A stretch of 64,000 nt of DNA from a virus (lineage: Duplodnaviria; Caudoviricetes), in the IMG/VR virus record IMGVR_UViG_3300033120_000983, positions 113-64,112 of that record. One strand, written 5' to 3'. The position numbers and the translations under genes were made by a program. Numbering within the stretch: the first letter of the stretch is position 1; the number at the start of each line of letters is the position of its first letter. Below, in pieces: positions 34,867 through 44,820 of the stretch. The notes below the pieces were generated by a model. The model made no database searches and was not told where the DNA came from. It worked only from the letters and a program-made list of their open reading frames with translations.

Positions 34867-36897
34867 TTATGTGATGAGCCCGTGGCCCGTGGTGGAGCGG
34901 AGGCGGGAAAGGAGGGTGTTTACGACGCCGACGAGGGCGTTGAACTCGGATTGGGTCGGGGCCCCGGCGGCCGTGAGGGCATCCGCCACGGCCGCGCCGC
35001 GTGCGCTGAGGACTTTGTTGCCAGAGACGCGGTATTCAGCTGCGGAGACGTTGCTGGAGAAAGTTGCGGCACCGCTGGATTGAATAATCAGGTGCCCTGA
35101 ACCAGGGGATGCTCCAAGTCTCAGATCACCACCGTTTGTCGTGATGGCAAGGGGTGTTGCTGCGTCGGTTTGGTAAATGGTGTTGGTGCCATCCGATCCA
35201 CTGACACGCAGGCCATCCAATCCCGTGTAACCGGTTACTGCCAGCTTCGTGATTTGGCCACCGACGTTTGCCCCTGCATTCGCCCCGCCAAAGCCGGCGG
35301 AATTGACAGTGATACTGGTGGCCGTGGCGTTTCCGAGAGTCGGGGAAACGAGTGTTGGAGAGGTGGCGAAAACGGCCGCGCCAGAGCCGGTCTCGTCCGA
35401 AATCAGCGCCCGAAGATTTGCGCTCGTGGGAGTCTTCAGGAAAAGAAGTGCCGCTGCCGACAGTGCCATCCCTTGGTCGTATGGGGTGGACAGCCACGGG
35501 CCGTCAACATAATGCGATATACCTGCCCCTGCCGGAGAAGAATCGGAATCATCATGGACGAGTTTCCCAATATCAACCGGCGTGCTGCCGCCAAAGTTTC
35601 CTATGGCGGAATCCACTGTGATGCCAGCAGTTGGACCAGTGATGCGGACGGCTGTATGTTCGCGTGCACCAAGACCAATTCCAAATGTAACGGCGCTGAT
35701 GTTGCCACCGATGCAATTCGTAATCCTGATGCCGTGCTGGACGTTGGCGCTGGAGCCATCCAAACCATGCTCCTCAAAAACAAAATTCTGAGCCGAAAAG
35801 CCCCTCGCTCCTGTGATTTGAATTGCCGGGTAAACCTCCCCGGTGGCAGGGTCGATTATTGCGTTACGGTTGATGTGTTCGGAGGCCACTACGCCGATGG
35901 AACACGACTGGGTAATATCAATACCGGGGCCGCGCTGAATATTGGCTATTTGCAAATCATAAAGTGTCGAACCTTGGAAAAAAGCTCCACGAAGTCCAAA
36001 TCCTGTGATTGTAACCCTGTGAAGTCGGCATCTTTGGGCTCCAATAAGATGAACTCCACTGGCACTGCGGTTGGCACTGATTCCGGTATCGAAGTTGAAG
36101 CCTGAATTCACATAAACATACTCCAAGCCGGTGCCAAAACAATCGTTGTCGGCGATTTCACGGTTTGGACCGGCACCAATCAACGCGCCTCGCTCAAACT
36201 TGATGGCCCAATGCTCTACGATGGAGGCTGGCACCGCGTAATTTGGAAGTTCATCATAAACCCCGTCCATCAACCAGATGGCGCAGAAATTGGGTCCTGG
36301 CCCGCGCACGACGACGGTAGGGGAAATAAACCAGGTCTGACTGATATAAAGATACCCCTGCGGGAGCAGAATGGAGCCTGTCCGTAGAATGCGTCCACTT
36401 TCGAGAGTGATGACATTTGGAGCAGGATAAAGCGTGTCGAGAGAATTGGAACACGCCTGCAAACCGGCCCAAGAATCAACGGGAGCCTGTCCGCTTCCAA
36501 GTGGCGTGACTCCGAAATCAATAGCCTTACGCTCACCGGAAAACAGCCGGTAATCGTTGCAGGCCATTTCCGGGTCTTGGTAGTTATGGGTCGCTCCCGG
36601 GGCGCAGACTACTTTCACACCATCTGCTGGTGAGAACATCGACATGGAGACCCCGTTGGGAATTAAGAAGCTACCGTTTCTCAGCTCAATGACGTCGTTT
36701 GGCGAGGTAGCGGCAAGGGCCAGTTGAAGTTGGGCGAACCGCGCTGTGCCCGTGTTGGCCTGGGCATTGTAAAACTTAAGCGTTTCTCCGGTCGCGCCTG
36801 ACCGGATAGCGACACATGCCGTCAGGCCAAGAGCACGCTGAATCCCAGGCCGTTGAGGGGCTTCGATGTCTTCAATATCAATTGCTCCGGAGATCAT
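34867..36897 (-). CDS. Tail spike with pectin-lyase-like beta-helix (depolymerase)
   Basis: AIDFGV...DSWAGLQA...LLPQGYLYI...VVVRGPG start of a pectate_lyase_3-type helix; ATGA overlap fixes the start at 36897. Confidence 0.8.
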   Translation of the reverse strand: MISGAIDIEDIEAPQRPGIQRALGLTACVAIRSGATGETLKFYNAQANTGTARFAQLQLALAATSPNDVIELRNGSFLIPNGVSMSMFSPADGVKVVCAPGATHNYQDPEMACNDYRLFSGERKAIDFGVTPLGSGQAPVDSWAGLQACSNSLDTLYPAPNVITLESGRILRTGSILLPQGYLYISQTWFISPTVVVRGPGPNFCAIWLMDGVYDELPNYAVPASIVEHWAIKFERGALIGAGPNREIADNDCFGTGLEYVYVNSGFNFDTGISANRSASGVHLIGAQRCRLHRVTITGFGLRGAFFQGSTLYDLQIANIQRGPGIDITQSCSIGVVASEHINRNAIIDPATGEVYPAIQITGARGFSAQNFVFEEHGLDGSSANVQHGIRITNCIGGNISAVTFGIGLGAREHTAVRITGPTAGITVDSAIGNFGGSTPVDIGKLVHDDSDSSPAGAGISHYVDGPWLSTPYDQGMALSAAALLFLKTPTSANLRALISDETGSGAAVFATSPTLVSPTLGNATATSITVNSAGFGGANAGANVGGQITKLAVTGYTGLDGLRVSGSDGTNTIYQTDAATPLAITTNGGDLRLGASPGSGHLIIQSSGAATFSSNVSAAEYRVSGNKVLSARGAAVADALTAAGAPTQSEFNALVGVVNTLLSRLRSTTGHGLIT

Positions 36898-37271
36898 GGC
36901 CGATTGCACGGGAGTTTACTGAGACGTAGGACGAAAGAAAGTTTGATAATGGCGTCTTCGGTGGATGTTTGCACGGTTTCAGAAGGCGAGCGGGTCTGTT
37001 CCTGGGTAAATGCTTCCTCGACGCGCTTGCTGGCTTTGGGGCCGGTCAACGATACCGTGGTGCGGATCGGGCTGGCTTCCGTGCTGGTTGTGGTGCTGTT
37101 GGACGCGGAAACCACCGTGGATTCGTTGAAAGCCGTTTCCTCCTGCACGGTGACTTTCTCCCCAGGCGTCTGCGTGGAAGTCTGGCGCTGGGTGCTCTGC
37201 GTCTGTGCTTGGTCGCTGACGCTTTCCCCGCGGTTTGTGACCGTGCGTTCTTTGACTGGATAAAAGGCCAT
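36894..37271 (-). CDS. Thr/Ser/Glu-rich virion protein B
   Basis: Alternating beta-strand-like T-rich sequence ending in IIKLSFVL. Confidence 0.65.
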   Translation of the reverse strand: MAFYPVKERTVTNRGESVSDQAQTQSTQRQTSTQTPGEKVTVQEETAFNESTVVSASNSTTTSTEASPIRTTVSLTGPKASKRVEEAFTQEQTRSPSETVQTSTEDAIIKLSFVLRLSKLPCNRP

Positions 37272-37274
37272 GGG

Positions 37275-37763
37275 TCAGAGGGATTGGTATTCGGTGAAGC
37301 GGTCGGTCTGATCGCCGCCGCCGGCTTGGCGCACGCTGTTTTGGGTGGCGTTCTGCGTTTCCTCGGTGACGGCAGTGTCCGGGGCACCGGTCTGCACCGT
37401 TCGGGAGGTTTTGAAAGGCGTCCGTCGGGTGGTGGTCTGCTCGGGGTCGGCCTTGGTCGTGGTCGTGACGGCCGTGAAGGCCGCGGCTTCCGTGCTTTGG
37501 GTGAACGACTCCTCGGTGTCGTTCGTGATCTTTTGCCCGGTTACGGTGGTGGTCTTTTCGGTGCCGGTCGTGGTGGTCGTGCGGCGCGTGATGGCATTGG
37601 ATCCCTCCCGGGCAATGACGGAGATTTCCACTTTCACTTCTTCATCAACCAAAGCCACCTCTGCGTTGTTTTCCCGACCGGATTCGCATAGGAGGTCGAA
37701 CGTTTCCTTGATGAGGAACGCGAGCTCTTTCTTGTAGTTTTCGGCGTTGATTGCGTCGGCCAT
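37275..37763 (-). CDS. Thr-rich virion protein A
   Basis: Globular N-terminus, then a long T-rich strand; in frame with the next gene. Confidence 0.65.
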   Translation of the reverse strand: MADAINAENYKKELAFLIKETFDLLCESGRENNAEVALVDEEVKVEISVIAREGSNAITRRTTTTTGTEKTTTVTGQKITNDTEESFTQSTEAAAFTAVTTTTKADPEQTTTRRTPFKTSRTVQTGAPDTAVTEETQNATQNSVRQAGGGDQTDRFTEYQSL

Positions 37764-37766
37764 GGC

Positions 37767-38702
37767 TCAATATCCGTAGGGCGTCCCCGCAGAGACGAAT
37801 TGACTGGTTGGGACTTGGGAAAGTCCGGCGATTTGCTCCATCGCATAGGATGCGCTGTTGGGGGCGCTGGATCCGATGCGGGCGCGGTCGAATAACCGGT
37901 GGGTCTGGAGGGCGGCGCCGGCGACAGCGATGATGGCAAAAGCCACCTCGTCGCCGTAATTCAGGTCGGCCGGCCGCTGGCTGGTCCCGTAGGTAATGGG
38001 CGGCGGGGCGACGTCGGCGTCAAACCGGAGGCTGACGACGGACCGGTGTTGGCGGGGAAGCCGGAAAAGGGTGCGCTCGACGCCGGCATGAATGACGCGG
38101 GTCGTCGTGAAGACTTTTGAGAATGACCGGTCGGGCAGGAAGTCGAGGGTCGGAGCATAGTAGAACTGCCCGCGGTTGATGCGGTCCAGCACGGGCCCGT
38201 TGATCCTTTCGATGAGCCAGCGGGACAGGCAGGCATCATTGAAAAGGGTGGCTTGAATCGGGGTAGTGGCCTGGCCGAAGTAGGGATGGACCAAACCGAA
38301 GCCGTTGAACTCATTCACGACGGCATCCCCTTCGAGAAGGATCGAGCAGAAAGGCCGCGGGCTTTCGTAAACGGCCGACCCGTTGAAAACGAGCGGTTCC
38401 CCTTCGTAGGTCAGGGGGTCGCCGTTGTAGGTCAGGATGTCCGTGATGGTCGGGAAGGTGATGCCGGTCAGGCGGCGGGTGCCGTAGCCATCCGGGACCG
38501 TCACCGTGCCGTCTGCGGGGCCGTAGAATTCGAGGCTGATGGTTTGGCGGCGGTAGTGCGGGGGCTGGGCGCGCCATACCTGATTTTGGGCGAGATTGAG
38601 CGCGCGGAGGAGTTCGGACACGTCCGAAAGTTCCATGGCGGTTTGATCCGGCACCGCGAGCCATGCCGAGCACGCACTCTGAACCATTTCCATCGTGTTC
38701 AT
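37767..38702 (-). CDS. Head-tail adaptor-like protein
   Basis: ELLRALNLAQNQVW N-terminal helices and C-terminal FAIIAVAGAAL helix typical of podovirus adaptors. Confidence 0.55.
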   Translation of the reverse strand: MNTMEMVQSACSAWLAVPDQTAMELSDVSELLRALNLAQNQVWRAQPPHYRRQTISLEFYGPADGTVTVPDGYGTRRLTGITFPTITDILTYNGDPLTYEGEPLVFNGSAVYESPRPFCSILLEGDAVVNEFNGFGLVHPYFGQATTPIQATLFNDACLSRWLIERINGPVLDRINRGQFYYAPTLDFLPDRSFSKVFTTTRVIHAGVERTLFRLPRQHRSVVSLRFDADVAPPPITYGTSQRPADLNYGDEVAFAIIAVAGAALQTHRLFDRARIGSSAPNSASYAMEQIAGLSQVPTSQFVSAGTPYGY

Positions 38703-40855
38703 CGGTCATTACCTCCTGTCGCTTCTTTGCCGGCTTCCACGGGGGCGGCTTGGATTTCACCGGTCAGCAAGAGCGCGTCGCGGGCTTGGGTCGTGATGGA
38801 CTCGGCAAGGTCCGGGCGCCGGAACCAACGGCTCGACATGGCGTAGAACTTCGCCAGCGGGACAAGGAGCGTTTCCGCGAACCGGTGAGGGATCGGCAGA
38901 ATGGTTCCTTCCGCGAGGCTTTGGCACGTCAGGCGCGGCGGCTGGATGTGGGCCTGCACTTCGACCTTGTAGGCCCGGAGGGCGGAGAACTTTGGCGCGA
39001 AGAGAAGGCGGAGTTTCGGCGGGCTGGCGTCCAGTTGTTCGGCTTCCACGAAATACCCGAAGGGAATCAGGTAAGGGGAGAGCACGGTTTCGTTGCCGGA
39101 AAGCGGCCAGGTGTTCCGGGTCGTGGACCGCCGGAAGGCTTCGACTTCGAAACGTGTCCGGATTGGGCGAAGCTCGAAGGCTCCAAACTCCGTCTCGGGA
39201 TCGTTTACCGATGGTTTGAAGACGACGCGGCGGACGGAAATGACATTGGCGGGCAACGCGATTTCTCCGTCCGTGCTGGTCTTTGGTCCGAGAGTGAGGG
39301 GGACGTTCGAGACAAATCCCCATTCGCGGCCGCTGGCGTTCAAACGCTGCATCGCGGCATTGAGGACTTCGAGGGCGGCTTTCTGCAGTGCGCCGCAGCC
39401 GTCGTTGCAGCTGCATGGGCTGGCGGACCAAAGTTCCGTGATGGCATCGACGGCCATGGCGGCGGTGTAGTAGCCGTTATCGACCGTGTTGACTTTGACG
39501 GTGCCCTTGGCGGAAATGGTGCCGGTGATGAAATGGACTTTCCCGAGGTTGGCAACATGCATTGAGGATTGAGCCTTGATGTAGGGGTTCACGTATCGGG
39601 CGGCAATCCTGGTGGTGCCGCACGATACCGAGGAAGCGGCGGTGATGCGCGCATCACGGATTCCATGGGTCGTGGTGGCACCGCAGGTCACGAGCGAGCT
39701 GGCCGCGATTACGGCCGCGATGCGGCGGCCCTTGGCGACCGTGCAGGAAATCGTCGAAGTGCCATGGATCGATCCTTGGGCAAGCGGCTGGGCGACCCAT
39801 AGCGCCGCCATCATGCTGATGTTGTCGAGATACGCCTCGAAGGTGCTCGGTCCGATCTTCGTCAGGGGGAATTCCAGCGAATGTGAAGTCGCCGTGGCCT
39901 TGAAATAGAAGGAGAAGGAACCTTCCTCGGCGACGTCCACAATGGAGGTTCCATCGAAGGCCAGTGAGATAGTTCCGCGGGTGAAGTTGCCCTCACAGTC
40001 AAACGCAATCCGGTAATAGGTGCCGACCTGAAGGCCGGTGATGGTCTGCCTGAGTGCCGGGAAAGGGGTGTGGCCAGGGTAGTCGATGACCGCGAGGGCA
40101 ACATCACCGTCAAGTTCCCATGGAGGAGCGGGGGCGGTCCAATCCGTGAAACCAGATGAGAATTCCGGATTCAGAACCAATTCCTCTATCCGGTAGCAGT
40201 TCAGGGAAAGGATGGAGACGGAAGCCGGTTCCGCGGTGTCGCTGTAGGCTTGGACGTAGAACGAGTAACTGGAAGACGCCGCGGTGAAGATAAACTCGTG
40301 CTCGCCGTCGGTGGACAGGTTTCCGGAATCGACGTCGGCGGCACCGCCTTCGTTGCGGAGCTTATACTGGATCAGGGAATCCGGTGCGGTCGCGGTGAGT
40401 GAGTCGAGGACGAGAAGCACGCGGTAACGGACGCCGGAAATGACCGGGAAAGTGACTTTGGCGCGGCCGACGTCGCCCGGGTCTGTCGAAGATAGCTGGA
40501 TGGTGCCGGACGTGTAGTCCGCGGTGCCGGTGGCTGTTTCAGAAAGGAGCCAAGCGGCAAAACCCGAAGTATCTGCGGCAAGGTCTCCGTTGGGGACGAC
40601 AGAAATGGTTGCCGGGGTGACGTTGGACCGGACATAGATGCGGCCGGCGTTGGGTCCGCCCGTTACTTGGTATTCGGCAGCTGTCGGCGGGGCAAAGAAT
40701 GACCAGACGGAACCGCCCCAGGTGGCGATTTGGTCCTCGTGGTCTGCCCAATCACCGCCCGCCCCGGCCGGAGGAACAAGGTAGGCATCGCCCAGAACCA
40801 GCGCGCCGACAATCAGCGTTGGATCCGTGATGGTGTTGCTCTTGACGTAGTTCAC
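38699..40855 (-). CDS. Composite virion protein: DUF2793-like + carbohydrate-binding-like modules + adaptor-like C-terminus
   Basis: GDAYLVP..A.GDWADHEDQIATW...WSF (DUF2793); NGDL..D..GF and NPEFSSGFTDW CBM starts; EVLNAAMQRL C-terminal domain. Confidence 0.6.
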   Translation of the reverse strand: MNYVKSNTITDPTLIVGALVLGDAYLVPPAGAGGDWADHEDQIATWGGSVWSFFAPPTAAEYQVTGGPNAGRIYVRSNVTPATISVVPNGDLAADTSGFAAWLLSETATGTADYTSGTIQLSSTDPGDVGRAKVTFPVISGVRYRVLLVLDSLTATAPDSLIQYKLRNEGGAADVDSGNLSTDGEHEFIFTAASSSYSFYVQAYSDTAEPASVSILSLNCYRIEELVLNPEFSSGFTDWTAPAPPWELDGDVALAVIDYPGHTPFPALRQTITGLQVGTYYRIAFDCEGNFTRGTISLAFDGTSIVDVAEEGSFSFYFKATATSHSLEFPLTKIGPSTFEAYLDNISMMAALWVAQPLAQGSIHGTSTISCTVAKGRRIAAVIAASSLVTCGATTTHGIRDARITAASSVSCGTTRIAARYVNPYIKAQSSMHVANLGKVHFITGTISAKGTVKVNTVDNGYYTAAMAVDAITELWSASPCSCNDGCGALQKAALEVLNAAMQRLNASGREWGFVSNVPLTLGPKTSTDGEIALPANVISVRRVVFKPSVNDPETEFGAFELRPIRTRFEVEAFRRSTTRNTWPLSGNETVLSPYLIPFGYFVEAEQLDASPPKLRLLFAPKFSALRAYKVEVQAHIQPPRLTCQSLAEGTILPIPHRFAETLLVPLAKFYAMSSRWFRRPDLAESITTQARDALLLTGEIQAAPVEAGKEATGGNDR

Positions 40856-40879
40856 GAAAGGGGCGGGCGGAGGGCGGTA

Positions 40880-41284
40880 TTAGTCGAGGATGATGCGGAG
40901 GCCCGCGGTGCCGGCTGGCACCTTGAGGGAGTCACCGGTGTTGATGATCTGCGGGGTAATGGTGCACCACCCGATCAGGTTTCCGGCCGTCGATGCGTCG
41001 TAGATGGCGATGGCATTGACCGTGCCCCATCCGGCAGTCGCATCAGGGAATGCCACGATGGAGCCGAGGTTTTTCTCGCCGTCGGAGGTTGTGGGGAAGA
41101 CGCTGGTGTTGTTGGCGAGGGCCACGCGGGCGTAAGCGCCTCCGGTGACTTCAGTGCCGCCACCGGCATCGGTCGGCGGTGCCGTCATGGCCGCAAGGTA
41201 GTAGTTTGCGGGCGGTGCGCCGGCGGTGTTTCCAAAATAGTAATTTTGGACTCGGTTTGCGAAATAGGTGCTGAATCCGGCCAT
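40880..41284 (-). CDS. Conserved virion structural protein
   Basis: PTDAGGGTEVTGGAYARV...FP.AT..WGTV...IYDA.T.GN family. Confidence 0.8.
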   Translation of the reverse strand: MAGFSTYFANRVQNYYFGNTAGAPPANYYLAAMTAPPTDAGGGTEVTGGAYARVALANNTSVFPTTSDGEKNLGSIVAFPDATAGWGTVNAIAIYDASTAGNLIGWCTITPQIINTGDSLKVPAGTAGLRIILD

Positions 41285-41305
41285 GGGAGTAGGAAAGTAG
41301 AGTGT

Positions 41306-41347
41306 GGAGAAAACGGGCGGGAAAAGCGAAGGACCTTTCCCGCCCGT
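41306..41347 (-). terminator. Rho-independent terminator after the capsid gene
   Basis: 12-bp stem ACGGGCGGGAAA/TTTCCCGCCCGT followed by TTTTCTCC on the minus strand. Confidence 0.7.
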
Positions 41348-41370
41348 GGTGAATCAATCCGGAGCGGACC

Positions 41371-42846
41371 TTACGCGATGGCCGGGAGGCCAAGGTTCGG
41401 GTAGTGGATGGCGTGGTGCAGGACGGCGACGCCGGGAGTGCGGCCCAATCGGTCCTTGCGGACGGTCTGACCGAACCATGCCTGGATGCCGACCATCTTC
41501 AGGAATTCCATGTCGCCGATGTCTTCGGTGCGCTTCACGCGGTCTTTGCCGTAGGCGCGGAGGACAGCACCGCGGCCCAACAGGAGGGACACGCCCAAAG
41601 GCTCGCCCTTCGCGTTACACGGATAGACTTCCGCATTGATCGGATGGACGTCGGTGTGTTTCCCGTTCCAGATGCCGGTATCCCAGGTGACGGCACCGAG
41701 GGTGGTCACACGGGCACCGGAAGCGGCGGAACCAAGGCGGCCCACGATGGTGATTTTGTTACCGTTGTTGCCGGTCGTGTAGGAATACATGCCGAACTTC
41801 CCGGGATCCGTGACCGCGTTGATGGGGTTGCGGATCAACAGGTAGCGCGTCTTCGAAACAGGGGCGACGACGGCACCGGATGCGAACGGATAAGCGTAGC
41901 CGGGGAAGTTGCGGAAATACAACTTCGTCAGGGTCGGGGTATCAAGGCCACCACCCGTGATGTCAATGACTCCGGTGCCGGCCGTGATGGCGGTTCCGAG
42001 CAATGCTTTGGGGTTCAGGGTGGAGCCAATCGGGCCGTCGTAGTCCATGTCGATGACGCGGCGGTCAACGACCTGCACGCCGTCGATGAGCGGGTAGTTC
42101 CCCTTGAAGAGAGGGTTTTCGCCGCCGCGGACACCTGCTTCCCGGACGATCTGGCGGTAAGCGTCGCTCTTGCGGAGGACGGTGCCGGCAGGGTGGGAGG
42201 TGACGAGTGCGTAACCGAGCATCGCGGAACCGTTGAAGGTACCGAGACGGCCGTAGGAACCACCAAGGTTGCCCATCATGGAAGTGGCATCCATGATGAA
42301 GTCCCAGGACAGGCCGTCGGTCGCGCCAAGCTGGTCTTCCGTCTTGCTGTTCGGGTAGAAGTGGTTTTCCAAAGGAGTCCGGTAAACGATCTCCATGTCC
42401 ATTTCCTCCGTCTTGCGGCGGCCCAACCAGCGGCCGAGGTTGGCCGGGATGGTGTTCTTGAGTTCACCGACCAGGCCGGCGAGTTGCTCGAAGCGTTCGT
42501 TGTAGGAAACGGCATGGCGGATGATGTCCACGTTGACGTCGTATTCGCCGAATTTCAGGCGCTCGAAGTCAGTGTCCTGGGCGAACGTCTGGTCGTTGAA
42601 GTGAGGCTCGTTGGAGAGCTCGGAATCAGTGCGCAGACGCAGTTTCAGGCCGTGGCCGTCGGACGTGGCGTAGTCGGTCAAAACGATGGAGTTTGCGCTT
42701 TTGCCTTCGATGGCGGCGTAAAAGTCCTCGTTGCGTTCGTAGGAGATAACCTGGTTCTTCCAGATTTGCGGGGCGGTAAGTCCGGAGGCTCCGCCGTTGG
42801 CGGCTGCTCCGTTATTGAGAGTTGAAACGGGGGCGAAATCGCTCAT
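41371..42846 (-). CDS. Major capsid protein, N4-gp56/DUF4043 type
   Basis: RHAV, LGRWL..K.EE.D, GENPLFKG...IDGV.V and SLLLGRGAV.AYG patterns; follows the scaffold gene. Confidence 0.8.
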   Translation of the reverse strand: MSDFAPVSTLNNGAAANGGASGLTAPQIWKNQVISYERNEDFYAAIEGKSANSIVLTDYATSDGHGLKLRLRTDSELSNEPHFNDQTFAQDTDFERLKFGEYDVNVDIIRHAVSYNERFEQLAGLVGELKNTIPANLGRWLGRRKTEEMDMEIVYRTPLENHFYPNSKTEDQLGATDGLSWDFIMDATSMMGNLGGSYGRLGTFNGSAMLGYALVTSHPAGTVLRKSDAYRQIVREAGVRGGENPLFKGNYPLIDGVQVVDRRVIDMDYDGPIGSTLNPKALLGTAITAGTGVIDITGGGLDTPTLTKLYFRNFPGYAYPFASGAVVAPVSKTRYLLIRNPINAVTDPGKFGMYSYTTGNNGNKITIVGRLGSAASGARVTTLGAVTWDTGIWNGKHTDVHPINAEVYPCNAKGEPLGVSLLLGRGAVLRAYGKDRVKRTEDIGDMEFLKMVGIQAWFGQTVRKDRLGRTPGVAVLHHAIHYPNLGLPAIA

Positions 42847-42949
42847 GAGAGTGTGATAGGTGGGTAGGTGGGGGCCGTGGCCCAAACGCGGGCATGTCGG
42901 CGGGAATCAAGGCAAAGCTGCGTGGAGCGCGGAACGGTGGATGCTGGCC

Positions 42950-44029
42950 TTAGCCGAACATCTTCGCGTTGAACGCTTCCCATTGCTCGGGCGTCCAGTC
43001 GGCGGAACCGACTTGGTTGACGTCCGATAGGGCGGCGGGTGCTACGGCTCCACTCACTTGACCGCCGGCAGCCGGACGGACTTGAGTGAGAGCACGGGGA
43101 GGAGGGGCAGTCTGGACAACCGGTGCGGGGACCGGGGCCGTCACGGGGGCAATACTCAATTCATTGGCCGCCATCTGCGCGATTTTCAGCGTGCAGTGAG
43201 GGTCGTTGAGGAGAGGATTGTTCGTGGATTCCATGGCGCTGTAGATGGCGGTCATCTTCGCGTGCAATGGGCTGTTGGCGGCGGCGGCGGAAGGATACAG
43301 ACGGAGGGTCTGTGCTTCGGCCTCTGCGACTTTGGCGTCGAATGCTGCGTTGGCGGCCGCCTCGGCTTGAGCTTTTTCGGTGGAGACTTTGGCGGTGATG
43401 ACCGCTTTCTGCTCCATCATGTCCAAAAGCTCGATGTTGAGCTTTCCGACTTGCTCGAAATCCATGGCTTCGTGCGCTGCCTGCAGTTCCAATTTCTTCT
43501 CGTTCTGCTTGGTCGTCAGGGCTTCCAGTTCGGATTCCGCGACGGCGGCAGGGGTCGGAGGTGCTTCCGCTTGCGCGGCCGCTTCCGGCTGAGTGGTTCC
43601 AGTGACTTTGGCCAAAGCTTCCACCATCGTCATGTCCGGGTTACGGGACATGAGCTTCAGGGCGGCGGCATCGGTTTCGCTCCGGGGCTGGATGCGGTGG
43701 CGTGGACCGTATCGTGCATCGCTGGTATCCGCGGTTTCTTCATCCACCACGGCTTCGCCGGCGGCAGGGGGAGTTACGACGGGTTCAACGACGGCTTCCG
43801 GGGCTGTCGGTTCGGTAACTGGAGGGGCTTCGCTCGTTGCCGCATCACCGCCGTTGGCGAGAAATGCGTCGAGTTGAGCCTGCCAGTTGTCCGGATCGAG
43901 AAAATCATCGGATTGGGACTGCTTCCCATCCGCTACCTCCGGAGCGGATGCCAAAGGTGGAGACACGGCAGGTTCCTGAGTCGCTTCGGAGGGAACGATA
44001 GTTTCGGGAGTTGGCGCCGGTGTTTCCAT
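42950..44029 (-). CDS. Capsid scaffolding protein
   Basis: Acidic, Ala/Pro-rich, coiled-coil centre; immediately upstream of the MCP. Confidence 0.7.
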   Translation of the reverse strand: METPAPTPETIVPSEATQEPAVSPPLASAPEVADGKQSQSDDFLDPDNWQAQLDAFLANGGDAATSEAPPVTEPTAPEAVVEPVVTPPAAGEAVVDEETADTSDARYGPRHRIQPRSETDAAALKLMSRNPDMTMVEALAKVTGTTQPEAAAQAEAPPTPAAVAESELEALTTKQNEKKLELQAAHEAMDFEQVGKLNIELLDMMEQKAVITAKVSTEKAQAEAAANAAFDAKVAEAEAQTLRLYPSAAAANSPLHAKMTAIYSAMESTNNPLLNDPHCTLKIAQMAANELSIAPVTAPVPAPVVQTAPPPRALTQVRPAAGGQVSGAVAPAALSDVNQVGSADWTPEQWEAFNAKMFG

Positions 44030-44120
44030 GTGGGGGCAAATACGGGCGTCCAAAATTTTGTAAAGTTTGCGAATTAATGCCCGGACTTGATTTTGGACGG
44101 CTTGGACGGACGGATGCGGC

Positions 44121-44816
44121 ATGTCTTTCGACCGCAAACCACCCATGACCTTTACCCCGATGGGACTGCCGCCGGGCGCGTCATCCTCCGAGAAGGCGTT
44201 CAATTCCGATGCCGCTCGCCGCGCGGCGCAGGAGCAGGAGCGGATCAGCGACCGGGTGCAGCGATACCTTGAGGACTATGTGGAGACCCCGATTCAGGTG
44301 AATGGCGAAATCGTCTTTGTCCTTGCCCGCCGGGGCCGGGGACAGGGGGACGCGGCGGCAAACAATGCCAGCGGGTCACTTCAAACAGTGGTGCGGCTCA
44401 AGGATGGGTTTTGGAATGTGGGGGTGACGAGCGGCATGGTTCAGGCCGTGACGGCGGTTTTTCCGGTTCTGAAACCATCCAACGAGGCATTGAACGGAGC
44501 GCCGACCCGGTGGTTCCCGGAGGCATTGGCCCCGGGGCTGGAGGCGAGTTCAAGGAATGTCTGGCTGCGGCTCCTTTACGACGACGCCAACTTTTATTTT
44601 GGCGACCTGACGGGTGCGGAAATCCATCTGCGGCCGCAGACGAGTCCTCCAAGCCCGATGTTCACGCAAGGCGTCGGTAGCTGGCATCTGATCGGAAGCG
44701 CCGGCGTTGATTTGGGCGGCAACGGCGGTCTTTTCCCCGTCAGTCACATTCACGGAAGCCTTCAGGTAAAGCGCATGGGCGGACCAACTTCCGGATATTC
44801 CATCTACGCCGCATAA
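44121..44816 (+). CDS. Hypothetical protein
   Basis: First gene of the divergent portal operon. Confidence 0.65.
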   Translation: MSFDRKPPMTFTPMGLPPGASSSEKAFNSDAARRAAQEQERISDRVQRYLEDYVETPIQVNGEIVFVLARRGRGQGDAAANNASGSLQTVVRLKDGFWNVGVTSGMVQAVTAVFPVLKPSNEALNGAPTRWFPEALAPGLEASSRNVWLRLLYDDANFYFGDLTGAEIHLRPQTSPPSPMFTQGVGSWHLIGSAGVDLGGNGGLFPVSHIHGSLQVKRMGGPTSGYSIYAA

Positions 44817-44820
44817 TCCC

